A DNA stretch of 62,484 nt, the filler included, from Myxococcota bacterium (lineage in GTDB: Bacteria > Myxococcota_C > UBA6777), in the NCBI GenBank assembly GCA_023150835.1. It is 3 parts of 3 records of this genome, joined end to end, with 100 filler letters (N's around TTAATTAATTAA, not from the genome) between each part and the next. Parts side by side here need not be neighbours in the genome. Positions count along the whole stretch, not along the records: positions 30,049 to 59,974 come from JAKLKB010000081.1; positions 60,075 to 62,484 come from JAKLKB010000033.1; 1 more part is not named here. One strand, written 5' to 3'. Shown one piece after another: positions 51,438 to 61,702 of the stretch (positions within the stretch are counted from its first letter, which is position 1; the number at the start of each line of letters is the position of its first letter). The notes under the pieces were generated by a model. The model made no database searches. It was given only the letters and a program-made list of their open reading frames with translations, and had not been told where the DNA came from. Position numbers and translations under genes: made by a program.

Positions 51438-51914
51438 ATGCAAGAGGTTGTCTTTGCAATAGAGCCCGATCTCAGTCTCGAAGCGTTTGTGGATATCCTC
51501 CATCGATCGACGCTTGCGTTGCGTCGCCCTGTAGCGGATCGCGAATTGATCGCTGGAATGCTCCGACACGCCGATTTGATCGTGACGGCGCGTTTGGACG
51601 GGCAATTGATCGGGGTATCGCGTGCGATATCGGACTTTAGCTATTGTACGTATCTGTCGGATCTTGCGGTGGATCAAGCCCACCAAGGAAAAGGCATCGG
51701 TCGCGTGTTGATCCGCAAAACCCACGAAGCAGCGGGGCTTCACACTTCGCTGATCTTGATCGCGGCCCCAAAAGCCGAGACCTACTACCCACACATCGGT
51801 ATGCGGCCCCACCCCTCTTGCTGGGTCGCCGATCGTCAACCACGCCTGCCTGTGGGGGTTGGAGACTCTGAGGTAGGAAGCGATGGGGTGGAAGGCCGTA
51901 AGGCAGAGCGTTGA
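51438..51914 (+). CDS. GNAT-family N-acetyltransferase
   Basis: [11 protein letters not shown]...[17 protein letters not shown]...YYPHIG. Confidence 0.9.
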   Translation: MQEVVFAIEPDLSLEAFVDILHRSTLALRRPVADRELIAGMLRHADLIVTARLDGQLIGVSRAISDFSYCTYLSDLAVDQAHQGKGIGRVLIRKTHEAAGLHTSLILIAAPKAETYYPHIGMRPHPSCWVADRQPRLPVGVGDSEVGSDGVEGRKAER

Positions 51915-51979
51915 GGGGGATCTTTTGGTTGTGTTGCCATCCAGAACGGCGTAGGATACAACGGCTTTTCGTTGGAATC

Positions 51980-52101
51980 CTAGGATCTCCGAGAGAGCTG
52001 TGATCGAAGAGTATGTGCGATCTACTGTAGACGCCCGATTATAGGGCAGCACAGGGGGCTGCCCCTACATATCGCGATCACACGATGGGCGAATTTCGTA
52101 T
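51980..52101 (-). mobile_element. Family-E MITE copy with GTAG REP
   Basis: Reverse complement reads atacgaaattcgccc.t.gtgtgatcg....gtaggggca...ctgccc...gatcaca, matching 27152-27265. Confidence 0.65.
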
Positions 52102-52124
52102 CACACCCGAAACAAGGAGGGGCG

Positions 52125-52892
52125 ATGCACCCGCAACGTCGTTTGATGCCCGCGATCCTCGCTATCGCATCGCAATCAGAAAATGGCTTACAATGTCGCG
52201 AACTGAAAGAACTACCCGAAGATTGCCCGTGGCACTGGGCGCAAGGCTACACCCCGCAACAAGTGATCGAACAAAACTTTGCTGCTGTCGGGTCGGAGAT
52301 GGGCGGATTTGTGCAATATCTGCTGGGGGCTTGTGTAGATATCTTGGTGGTGTCTTTCAGCGGGCGTTGGTGGTTGGTGTACGATCTAGGCGATCCCACG
52401 CGCTGTTTTGTCGGTGCGGAACCTGAGCCCGAGCCACATCTATCCGAGTCGGCTCTTGCGGCAGGTTGGACACTTCCGCCTGAGATGGCCGTTTTCGCAC
52501 AGATACACAACGGTTTTGGTGTTGCAGATATCGAAGAGTTCGCCCTTGAGATGCAGTTCTTTGGTGGACACGATATGCTTTTTCCCGCCGAACAATGGAT
52601 GCTTCCCGAAACCTTTTGGCCCGAAGGCTATCTCGAAGAGCTTTACAAAGCCCAAGAAGACGCATGGAGCGCACAGCCCGATCTTGCCACGCAAGAGGCG
52701 CGGCTTGCGGACCTGCTCTTTTTGATGACTTACGCCGATGGAAACGGTGTCGCTTTGATCCGTGGAAGAATGGACGCTGATGGAGCGCAAGTCGTCGAGT
52801 GGAGATTTGAAGAACCCCAATCGTCGACGTGTGGATTTTTTACCTTTTTGCAGAAAAAGTTTGATGGTTATTTTCTGCCTTCTGCGGGATGA
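52125..52892 (+). CDS. Hypothetical protein, possibly SMI1/KNR4 (SUKH)-like
   Basis: AAGGAGG RBS; WTLPPEMAVFAQIHNGF and DGNGVAL...VVEWRFE resemble SUKH motifs. Confidence 0.55.
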   Translation: MHPQRRLMPAILAIASQSENGLQCRELKELPEDCPWHWAQGYTPQQVIEQNFAAVGSEMGGFVQYLLGACVDILVVSFSGRWWLVYDLGDPTRCFVGAEPEPEPHLSESALAAGWTLPPEMAVFAQIHNGFGVADIEEFALEMQFFGGHDMLFPAEQWMLPETFWPEGYLEELYKAQEDAWSAQPDLATQEARLADLLFLMTYADGNGVALIRGRMDADGAQVVEWRFEEPQSSTCGFFTFLQKKFDGYFLPSAG

Positions 52893-55337
52893 TTATTTGT
52901 CTTTGTAGCGGCGAAAAGCGTAGGTGTTTTGGTATTTTGCAAGTTTTAGCGCGATATCGCCTTTGGAGCGGCCTTTGAGAGTGTCGGTGTAGATGATGTA
53001 CACGACTGCGCGGGGATAAAAGGAGTATTTATATTTGCGGCCTTTGGTGAACTTGTTTTTGACAAAGGCTTGCCAAGGTTTGGTCACGCCCGAGATATCG
53101 TACTTTTTCCCAAGTAAGCGTGCGGCTTCGCGCTCGATCTTTCGGCACAAGGTGGGGTGAGCGGAGGTGTATTGGCGCTCGCCATCGTTGCGCTGGTACA
53201 CGTTGATTTGGGTTTTGCGTTCGATGCGCACACTCGACCAAGGCAGAGGCTTTCCGCTGGCGCGTCGGGGGCGTGGGCGAGGCCGTGCCTTGGCGACGAT
53301 GGGCCGATCGATGGGGGCGATGGGGGGTTGGGGTCGATGGGTCGGGACGGTGGGCGGCTGGGTCCGATGGGTCGGGACGGTGGGTGGTTGGGGCCGATCG
53401 GTGAGGATGATCGTGTCGGGCCGTTGTGTGGGTGGTGTGGGCGGTGTATCGGAGGGTTGGAGCCCTGCCTGTGTTGGGTTTGTGGGTGGTGTGGGGGAAG
53501 TGGGAGCCTCGTCAGGAGCTTGGATCTGGATGGGTGAAGGATCGGCTGCGTCAGTTTCGGTGGGTTCGGTTTGGGCGAGGGCAGGGCCTTGTGTTTGTGG
53601 GGGAGAAAGGAACAGTTTCCATACCAAAAAGCTACCTGCGACGACACCGAAGATCAGAAAGAGAAGAAAGATCGGAAAAGAACTGCGTTTGCGTTTGGGT
53701 GGTTCTTCTTGGAAGGTGACAGCAAGAACAGGGCTGGCGTGTGCTTCATAAGAGGATGTCTCGTGCGAAAAGTCTTCTTGTACTTCGATGGATTCGAAGC
53801 TTTCGCGTTCAAGGGGCTTGGAGGTTGGTTTGGAGACGGTGGGTCGTGCCCCATACGAGCTGGTTTGCGCGCCGCGAGGTTTGTTTAGGTCGGGTGCGGC
53901 GAAGTCTTTGGGGTTTTTGGTGGGGGGTGTAGAGATCGAGGTGGGATCTTCGTAGCCGAGGTCGGCTTGTGTGTTTGGAGCGGCCTCAAGGCGTTCGTGA
54001 GAGGGGGGGGCGACGATGGTGGCGTCTTCTTGTGGAGCGGGGGCTTTGGGGGTGGGGACGGGCTGGTGGAATTGTTCGATCTGTTCGGCGTAAGGGAGAT
54101 CTTCTTCGGGAGGGCGGGTACTGCGTCGTACACCGGAGTAAGTTCCTGAGGGGGCTTGGTGGGACGAAGGTGGTGGAGTTCCCGGGTTGTACAGGATTTG
54201 CGATGGGTGGCCTTGCCATGCGCCCGTTTGATGGGAGGCGGCATCAGGAGGGGTGATCTGGATGGAGGCCATGCTGTGATCATGGCTGCGGATCACGCGG
54301 TAGCTTCCGCGAGAAAGATTGAGCAGATCTTGTTGATTGACATAATGGTCGTAGCGACCGGCTTTTTCTTTTTGGAGTTCGTCTGGGAAAAGTTCTTCGA
54401 GCATGGAAGCGGCTTGCCGCCCGCCGTACATCCGCCCTGTGGAGGCGATGTATTCTTCGAGAGCGTGGCGCATCTCTGCGGCGTCTTGATAGCGCTCTTC
54501 AGGCTTTCGTCGAAGAGTGCGTAAGACGATATCTTCAAGAGCTTTGGGATAGCCTTCGATGATGCGGGTGGGTGGGGGGATGGGATTGGTGAGCAGGGCT
54601 TGGATGGTTTCGGCTTCGCTGCGTCGGCGAAAAAGGCGCTTGTGGGTTGTCACTTCGTAAAGGACGATGCCAAGGGCGAACAGATCAGAGCGGCCATCGA
54701 TCGGCTGTGCGGAGAGCTGTTCGGGAGACATATAACTGAGGCGACCTTTGAGGACACCGACTTCGGTTTCGTATTCTTGGGAACGGGCTTTGGCGACACC
54801 GAAGTCCACAATTTTGAGAACGCCATCGTAAGAAAGCAGCAGGTTGTTGGGGCTGATATCGCGGTGAACAAGGTGAAGGGGTTGATTGTATTGATCTTTG
54901 CTGTTGTGGACGTGGTCAAGTCCTGCGCAGGCTTGGGCAAAGACGGAGGCAACCAACTCGTAAGGGGGGCGGGTTTTGTATTGGGGGTGGGTGTAGAGTT
55001 TTTTATGGACTTCTTTGATATTTTGACCGGGAATATACTCCATCGCCATATAATACACGCCATTGACTTCGCCGATATCGAGGATTTGAACGACGTTGGG
55101 ATGGTTGAGGTGCGCGGCGATGCGAGCTTCATCGAGAAACATGGTGATGAAGTCTTCTTTTTGCGCAAAATGCGGGAGGATACACTTGATGGCGACTTTT
55201 TTACTGAATCCAGCGAGGCCCTCTTGTTGGGCCAAGAAGAGTTCCGCCATCCCGCCTTGGGCCAACTTGGCGAGCAATCGGTATTTTCCAAACAGGATGC
55301 CTTGTGAACGGATGTGTTGCTCAAGTGAATCGTTCAT
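52893..55337 (-). CDS. Membrane-anchored Ser/Thr protein kinase
   Basis: AQGGMAEL, MFLDEARIAAHLNHPNVV, HRDISPNN, DFGVAK, GRLSYMSPEQ; TM segment FPIFLLFLIFGVVAG. Confidence 0.93.
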   Translation of the reverse strand: MNDSLEQHIRSQGILFGKYRLLAKLAQGGMAELFLAQQEGLAGFSKKVAIKCILPHFAQKEDFITMFLDEARIAAHLNHPNVVQILDIGEVNGVYYMAMEYIPGQNIKEVHKKLYTHPQYKTRPPYELVASVFAQACAGLDHVHNSKDQYNQPLHLVHRDISPNNLLLSYDGVLKIVDFGVAKARSQEYETEVGVLKGRLSYMSPEQLSAQPIDGRSDLFALGIVLYEVTTHKRLFRRRSEAETIQALLTNPIPPPTRIIEGYPKALEDIVLRTLRRKPEERYQDAAEMRHALEEYIASTGRMYGGRQAASMLEELFPDELQKEKAGRYDHYVNQQDLLNLSRGSYRVIRSHDHSMASIQITPPDAASHQTGAWQGHPSQILYNPGTPPPSSHQAPSGTYSGVRRSTRPPEEDLPYAEQIEQFHQPVPTPKAPAPQEDATIVAPPSHERLEAAPNTQADLGYEDPTSISTPPTKNPKDFAAPDLNKPRGAQTSSYGARPTVSKPTSKPLERESFESIEVQEDFSHETSSYEAHASPVLAVTFQEEPPKRKRSSFPIFLLFLIFGVVAGSFLVWKLFLSPPQTQGPALAQTEPTETDAADPSPIQIQAPDEAPTSPTPPTNPTQAGLQPSDTPPTPPTQRPDTIILTDRPQPPTVPTHRTQPPTVPTHRPQPPIAPIDRPIVAKARPRPRPRRASGKPLPWSSVRIERKTQINVYQRNDGERQYTSAHPTLCRKIEREAARLLGKKYDISGVTKPWQAFVKNKFTKGRKYKYSFYPRAVVYIIYTDTLKGRSKGDIALKLAKYQNTYAFRRYKDK

Positions 55338-56093
55338 ACACGCGCACTTTCTCGGTCGGGGAGAGGCAAGGGTGGATAGCAGGGGGCGATTGTCGTTTGA
55401 CGAAAAGAATAGATAGAACAGCTAGATAGAATAGCATACGCCCAACTCCAGCGCTACGCTAACAGATGCCGCTTGGTGCGTCAAGATGAAGTCCCCAGCG
55501 TTTCGCGGCGAGTCTACAACAACAGGCGGGCGCGGACATCCACAAGAGCCTAAGAATGCGACGGCGTTTGCCAGTCCCTTTCTTTCAACATACCTTGCTC
55601 GGCACGTTCGAGGGGTTCCCCTTGCCAACCACCCAGCACCCGTTTGAAATAATCTTGCGGCCAATCTCGCTCGAACTCTTTGCACACCAGCTTTGAAAGG
55701 TATTTTCTTTGGCGTCGTTGTCAACGGTGTGTGCAAAAGCAAGCGCCGAAGTGATGGGTGGGGTGTGTTGGAGCGTTGTGTGCTGGAATCATGCGAGAAG
55801 CTTGGATTGGACATCGAGATGAAGTGCGGCTTGTTCGTTGCGAAGAGGGTTGCGAGGCGAGGGAGTGCTTGTTTGGTTTGACGGTGTGGGCTATCTAGAA
55901 AGGGCACAGAGCGCTGTGTGCGAGAGGCTTGTCGCAGTGATGTGGTGAGGCTTGCCGAGGTGACGTGGCGGGATTCGTATCGGCGATGTGGCTGTTTGTG
56001 TGGTGGCTCGTGAGGCTGTATGTGTGGCTGCTTCTCCTCAGAAAACGCCCGATGTGTCGGCGTGTTTGCGAAAAGAGAGGGAGGATCGAGAGG

Positions 56094-56732
56094 ATGGCGG
56101 ATGAGGTGTTTGATCCTGCGCGCTTGTATGCGTTAGCGCTAGAGGCGTTGGAGGAGACACGCGGAAGTGTCGGATTAGAGGGAGCCTTGGCAACGGAACG
56201 TGTGCAGTTGGGCTACGACGACGATTATTATCGGCGGCTGTTTCGGCGGTTGTTGGACAAGATCGACACGGCCTACCCAAAGCAGATCAAAACCAAGATG
56301 GAGTGGTTGTTTCGGTACAACGCAGGGATGCAGGTGCAGATCTGCCCGTTGTATGCGTCACCTACGGAACATTTGATGTTGTGGGGGACAGCGATCGGGT
56401 CGCGGGGGTCGGTGGGATGGCGTCCTTCGCATTCGTATGAAACGGTGTTGGATGGGGAGTTGTGGTATGCCCACGCGGATCACTTTGTGCGCGAGCGGTA
56501 TCGCAGCCGAGAGATGGCGTCGATGAAAGCCTATACAACGGCTTTGGTCGAAGTTCCCGATCATGTCTGGGTGCTTGAGTATCGGCGCGGTTGGCGGCCT
56601 TTGGAGTTGTCGAATGCGTTGTTAAATGCGTTGTTGACTTCGTTGGATGTGCGCACTGTGGCGGAGACGTTGTGGCTGTATGGCCGTTTGAATGCTTGGT
56701 CGACGTGGTCTTCATTGCGGCGCTTTTGGTAG
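56094..56732 (+). CDS. ERG2 (sterol C8 isomerase) / sigma-1-receptor-like protein, divergent
   Basis: FDPARL..., EWLFRYNAG...LYASPTEHLMLWGTAIGSRG...VLDGE...WVLEYRRGWRP...TSLD aligns with the ERG2/Sigma1R pattern EWxFxNAGG...LHASxxEY...FGTAxGxxG...W.LEY.RG.IP...STLD. Confidence 0.75.
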   Translation: MADEVFDPARLYALALEALEETRGSVGLEGALATERVQLGYDDDYYRRLFRRLLDKIDTAYPKQIKTKMEWLFRYNAGMQVQICPLYASPTEHLMLWGTAIGSRGSVGWRPSHSYETVLDGELWYAHADHFVRERYRSREMASMKAYTTALVEVPDHVWVLEYRRGWRPLELSNALLNALLTSLDVRTVAETLWLYGRLNAWSTWSSLRRFW

Positions 56733-56833
56733 GCGGAGCGATGCGTGGTGCGTGTTTGGGGTAGAGAGTGCGGTGTCGGCTGTTCTTTTTGCGCTTTTGG
56801 CTTGGTGCATTGGGATGGATCGGGAGGTGTTGT

Positions 56834-59749
56834 GTGAGAAAGCAGCGATCGGGTCGAGGTGTTGTGTGGGGGAGCGCGAGGTTGGCGTGGATGGTTTTGG
56901 GGATCGTATGGGTGCATCTGTTGATGGCGGGAAACTGCGGCAAAGTGGTGTCCAAACAAGGCGGCCCATGCGGATTTGACAGCGAATGCGAGGTGGGTCT
57001 GCGTTGCTTGGAGCGCGTGTGTTCGAGCGGAAACGGCGAAGGCAAGCCCTGCCAAGATCAAAAAGATTGCCCATCGCCGTTGCGATGCACCTTGGGGCGT
57101 TGCGTCAACGATACGGGCCAAGCCTGCGCTTCTTCGACGGATTGTGCGAACGGCCAAGTCTGCGCCGAAGCGCGCTGTGTTACACCGATCAACGAAGGTG
57201 GCGAATGTGGCGCGACGATCTATTGCAAAGCGCCGCTGGTTTGTAGCGCAAAAAATCGATGCGTCACCAAAGGCGGCGCAGGAACGCAAGATACCGACCA
57301 GCCCTGCAAAGGCGCAGAGGATTGTCAGGCAGGGTTATCTTGTCATCCAATAGAAGCACTTTGTAAGAAAAAAGGTCAAGAAGGACTCGGTTGTGCGAAG
57401 TTTGAGGACTGCGAAAAAGGTCTGCGCTGTGCATCAAGCGGTCTGTGCGCCAAAACAGGCACTCCGGGAACGGCTGCCAGAGGAGAAGCTTGTACCCGCC
57501 CAGAGGATTGTATGTTTGGTCTAACTTGCGGAAAGACGGGCGTTTGCGCAGAAGGTGGGAGCAATGAGGTGGGCGGTGCTTGTGCAGGCCACAACGATTG
57601 CAAGGCGGGGTTGTTGTGTGCAGCCCGCCAAGATGGGGCAGGGACGGCTTGTGCGAAAAAAGGCGATCCCGGGACGGCGATGTTGGGGGATGCTTGTCAA
57701 GCTGCATTGGATTGTTCGGTGGGCCTGTTGTGTGGTCTGCGTGGAAAGTGTGAGATTTTTTCTGCTTTTTCGGGAGTTTCCTGCGAAAATCCGAGCGATG
57801 TCAAAGGACCGTTTCGGATCTTTTTTGAAGTCCCGCGCAGTGGAAAGCCCGTTTCGGAGTTTTATCGTTTGCCATTCCCCAACGATATCCGCCGTCGTGA
57901 CGATGGAACCGTCGATCTCAGCGGTCATGCCGCACCTGACAAAGACGACCCCGAAGGCTTGGTGCAACGGCACTTTCGGGCGATCGAGTCGGAGATCAAA
58001 GGGTTTGGTGTGAACCAAGTGGTCTTGATGCGTTTGAGCAAGCCTTTGTTGTTCGACTCGCTGACTTTGGGCGGCAACGCTTCGACGGTGATCTATGTCG
58101 ATCTCGAAGATGGCGCACAACAGGGCGTCGATATCACTTCTTCGCCCGGGCGTGGAAAGTATATCTGCGATAACTTTCTTGCGATCCGCCCCTTCAATGG
58201 GACACTTGCGCACGGGAAGACTTTTGCTGTTTTGATCATGCGCGGACTCAAAAGCCAAGACAACCAAGCGATCGAAGCCGACGAAGATTTCAAAGCGATG
58301 CTTCAAGGTGAAGTCCCTGTCGATCCCGACCTCGCCAAAGCGCATCCCCGTTATCAAAAACTCCGTGATTATCTAAAGAAAAATGAAAGCGACAAGAGAT
58401 ACCCCACGCGTGCGGATATCGTGGGGGCCGCTGTTTTTACCACGCAAGATCCTGACGAACACCTCGGCAAGTTCCGAGAGGTTGCCCGCAAGCAACCCGC
58501 TCCTGCGCTCAAGGACGTGACGTTGTGCGATGGCAAGAAGACTTCGCCTTGTGCAGACGCCGAAGATCCTTCGCGGGCTTGCGGGACGCCGTCGCCGCTT
58601 TATCACGAGATCCATGCGCGGTTGACGCTGCCGATCTTTCAACAAGGCCAAGCCCCGTACGAAAAGACAGGCGGGCAGATCTCTTATGAGGCCGATGGTA
58701 CGCCAAAGATCGCACGAACAGAGGATGTTTGCCTCTCTCTTACGATCCCCAAGCAACCGATGCCTGCGGGTGGATGGCCTGTGATCCTTTATGCGCATGG
58801 GACGGGCGGTAATTTTCGCTCCCATCTTACGGACAAAAGCGTAGAACATCTTTCTAAAGTCGATGTGATCTTGCGCGGAGAAAAGTTGATCGAAAAGACG
58901 GTGCATTTTGCGACTCTTGGTATCGATCAAGTGCTGCATGGTGGGCGGCGAGGTGGCTCCAAGATCGAGTCGCAGTTGTTGTTTTTTAATATCGAAAACC
59001 CCCAAGCTTCGCGTGAAAACCCTGTCCAAGCGGCGGCGGATCATTTTACGTTGGTGCGTTTGCTCGAAACGCTCAAATGGGAAAAGGCGGCCTCTCCCAC
59101 AGCAGAAGAAGTGTCTTTCGCGTCCGAACAGATCGGCTATTTGGGCCACTCTCAAGGAGGGGTGATCGCTCCGCTGTTTTTGGCGTACGAACCGAACGTG
59201 AAGATCGCAGCATTGAGCGGGGCAGGTGGTTATCTTGTGCAGTCGCTCTTAAACAAGACCAAGCCCGTGAATGTCGCAGGAGCGATGCGGCTTGTCTTGA
59301 AGGACAATGAACTCAATCGCCATCATCCGATCTTGAATCTCTTACAGATGTATTATGAAAGGGCGGACGGACTGAATACCGCGCATCTGATTACCAAACG
59401 CGCCGCCAAAGAAAGCGCCAAACATCTCCTTCAAATCTACGGCATCCGCGACACTTTTACGCCTCCGCCCACAATGGACGCACTCGCGTTCGTCATGGGT
59501 GTGGCCCACGTCAATCCCGTCCTCGAAAAGATCCCACGCGGCGTCTCGGATGCTTCGGTGGATGCGCCTGTACGTGGCAATCTCGATATCGCGGGGCGTA
59601 AGCTCACAGGTATTGTTGTTCAATACAAAAATGACAAGGGGGACGGTCACTTCGCTTTGTTTGAGCATCCCACAGCGGCCAACGAGATGGCGCGCTTTTT
59701 CGGGTCGTGGCTCGTCGATGCAGAGGGGATACCTACTTTTTCTCGATGA
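56834..59749 (+). CDS. Exported alpha/beta-hydrolase (lipase-like) with N-terminal Cys-rich repeats
   Basis: GGAGG RBS before GTG 56834; ~10 G..C....DC..GL.C....C units; LPFPND, YAHGTGG, GHSQG nucleophile elbow, D-T-F, DGHF. Confidence 0.8.
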   Translation: MRKQRSGRGVVWGSARLAWMVLGIVWVHLLMAGNCGKVVSKQGGPCGFDSECEVGLRCLERVCSSGNGEGKPCQDQKDCPSPLRCTLGRCVNDTGQACASSTDCANGQVCAEARCVTPINEGGECGATIYCKAPLVCSAKNRCVTKGGAGTQDTDQPCKGAEDCQAGLSCHPIEALCKKKGQEGLGCAKFEDCEKGLRCASSGLCAKTGTPGTAARGEACTRPEDCMFGLTCGKTGVCAEGGSNEVGGACAGHNDCKAGLLCAARQDGAGTACAKKGDPGTAMLGDACQAALDCSVGLLCGLRGKCEIFSAFSGVSCENPSDVKGPFRIFFEVPRSGKPVSEFYRLPFPNDIRRRDDGTVDLSGHAAPDKDDPEGLVQRHFRAIESEIKGFGVNQVVLMRLSKPLLFDSLTLGGNASTVIYVDLEDGAQQGVDITSSPGRGKYICDNFLAIRPFNGTLAHGKTFAVLIMRGLKSQDNQAIEADEDFKAMLQGEVPVDPDLAKAHPRYQKLRDYLKKNESDKRYPTRADIVGAAVFTTQDPDEHLGKFREVARKQPAPALKDVTLCDGKKTSPCADAEDPSRACGTPSPLYHEIHARLTLPIFQQGQAPYEKTGGQISYEADGTPKIARTEDVCLSLTIPKQPMPAGGWPVILYAHGTGGNFRSHLTDKSVEHLSKVDVILRGEKLIEKTVHFATLGIDQVLHGGRRGGSKIESQLLFFNIENPQASRENPVQAAADHFTLVRLLETLKWEKAASPTAEEVSFASEQIGYLGHSQGGVIAPLFLAYEPNVKIAALSGAGGYLVQSLLNKTKPVNVAGAMRLVLKDNELNRHHPILNLLQMYYERADGLNTAHLITKRAAKESAKHLLQIYGIRDTFTPPPTMDALAFVMGVAHVNPVLEKIPRGVSDASVDAPVRGNLDIAGRKLTGIVVQYKNDKGDGHFALFEHPTAANEMARFFGSWLVDAEGIPTFSR

Positions 59750-59797
59750 TTTTTCGGTAGAGTAGGATTTACGCATGGTTGTTGGGGCGCGGCCCCA

Positions 59798-59974
59798 TAC
59801 GCGCCTTGTTAAGGTGGAAACACCGGATAGTCTAGCCTGATCGCCGTTTCTTTTTCTACCCCCCCTCAATCCCCCCGTGAACGGGGGGAAGTTGGAACGG
59901 GCAGCGTCTGCGTCTCGTGCAAACAGCGTGCGTCATGAAAAAACAAAATCCCCGCTGCTTCCGACTTTCGCTCC
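59798..59974 (+). mobile_element. Family-C MITE end, truncated by contig end (family-A-like TAGGATTTACGCA at 59763)
   Basis: TACGCGCCTTGTTAA at 59798; close reverse complement of 30061-30237. Confidence 0.8.
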
Positions 59975-60074
59975 NNNNNNNNNNNNNNNNNNNNNNNNNN
60001 NNNNNNNNNNNNNNNNNNTTAATTAATTAANNNNNNNNNNNNNNNNNNNNNNNNNNNNNNNNNNNNNNNNNNNN
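59975..60074. other. Artificial contig linker
   Basis: N44-TTAATTAATTAA-N44. Confidence 0.98.
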
Positions 60075-60200
60075 CATCGTATCCTCAGCAGGCATCGTAT
60101 CCTCAGCAGGCATCGTATCCTCAGCAGGCATCGTATCCTCAGCAGGCATCGTATCCTCAGCAGGCATCGTATCCTCAGCAGGCATCGTATCCTCAGCAGG
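60075..60200 (+). repeat. 18-bp coding tandem repeat x7 (ASYPQQ), truncated by contig start
   Basis: catcgtatcctcagcagg x7, in frame with the ORF ending at 61702. Confidence 0.95.
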
Positions 60201-61702
60201 CATCTCGTGCTCCGCTGACAGGCAGCTTTGAGCCTCATCCTGTGGCACCCGATCCTCACGCGCCCGGACTTCGTTATCCTGTGCAACCTGCTTCTCCAAG
60301 CGGTCATTTCTCTGCGGCTTCTTTTGGCGGCCCGTTGCCCTCACAGCACCGCAGCGGCGTTCATCCTGCACCGCCCTTGGGCGGGCTTCCTCTTTCTCAT
60401 CGCAGTGGGGTTCATCCCGCGCCACAGATGGGCGCCCCCTCTCCGCAGAGCGCTCCTACGCACGCGCCGAATCCTTCCGTTGTTCCGTCTTCTCCACCAA
60501 AGCATCCGTCCTTTGGCACCCCTCATCCAAGCACTCCTGCTCCGCGAATGCCCGTTCATTCCACAGGCTCTTTTGCTCCGCTTCCTGCGCACGCTACGGG
60601 TTCTTTTGCTCCGCTTCCTGCGCACGCTACGGGTTCTTTTGCTCCGTACGCTCAACCGCCTGCGCCTCATCGAACGGGTGCGTTTGCGTCTCCGCCCGGC
60701 CATTCTACAGGCTCTTTCCCGCCGCTCTCTGCGTTCGCTCCGCAAGCAAACCCCGCACCGACAGCAGCGCCCGAGTTCTTGAGTCCTGTCTTTCAGACTG
60801 ACTCGCTCGGGGTCAAGCGTTCGACGATGCAAGTCAAAGCCTCTCATGATATCGCTGCTGCGAGGGCCTTGGATGATGTGCTTTCGGCTTGGGATGACCC
60901 CAGCCAAACCACCGCCCGACACCCGGGCTTTTTCAAGCCCAACCTTGATTGGATGGCTGATGAACCTGTCGCACCTCCCGCTTCTTCGGCCAACTCGCGC
61001 TTTCCCGGCGGTGATCCGCTCTTTACCAACAGCCATGCCGCCCCACCTTCGGCCTCGATCGCTTCGCCTGTGGCCTCGCCGATGCCTGTGGGAGCGCAGC
61101 CGGTGAGTGCCTTTTCTGCTTCGCATCAACCGCCTCTTGCGCAAGGGCACAAGACAGGCCCCCCTCTTCGTCCCGCGCCTTCCAATCTTTCCGTCGGCGA
61201 CCTGATCTCTCTTTCGGCCTCCCTTCCTGCTGTCTCTTTCAATCCTTTGACGGGTGTTCGTCCTGCCCCGCTTCAAGACGAAGATGACCACACCCTCAAC
61301 GAACCACGCGAAGTCACCATGCGCGTCCCTCGGCCTCTTCCCCCTCCCGCCAAGTCGCCAAAAGGTCTGTGGTTTTTGCGCGCTTTGTTGCTTTTGTTTC
61401 TTGGCGTCGCCATCGGTCTTTTTGCTTGGATGCGCTTGCAACACCACACGCCCATCCTCGGAAAAAGTCTACCCAAAACCCTTTATCAAGCCTATCTTCC
61501 CCTCGAATCCCTCTATCAAGAGCAAAGCACACTTAGCTTTGTATTGCCTTCGGGGTGGCACAAGGGGCCGCTAGGGCGCAACCTAGAGGAGCGTGTCTTT
61601 AGCCTTCGCGATAAGCTAAAACAACAACGCGTTCGCCACGTGTTGATCTTTTCCCCGAGAAAGCAACTTCTCTATCGTATCGATCTGGACAAACAAATCT
61701 GA
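60075..61702 (+). CDS. 5'-truncated Pro-rich membrane protein with HxTGSFAP repeats
   Basis: Frame open from contig start; single TM (ALLLLFLGVAIGLFAW) near C-terminus. Confidence 0.7.
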
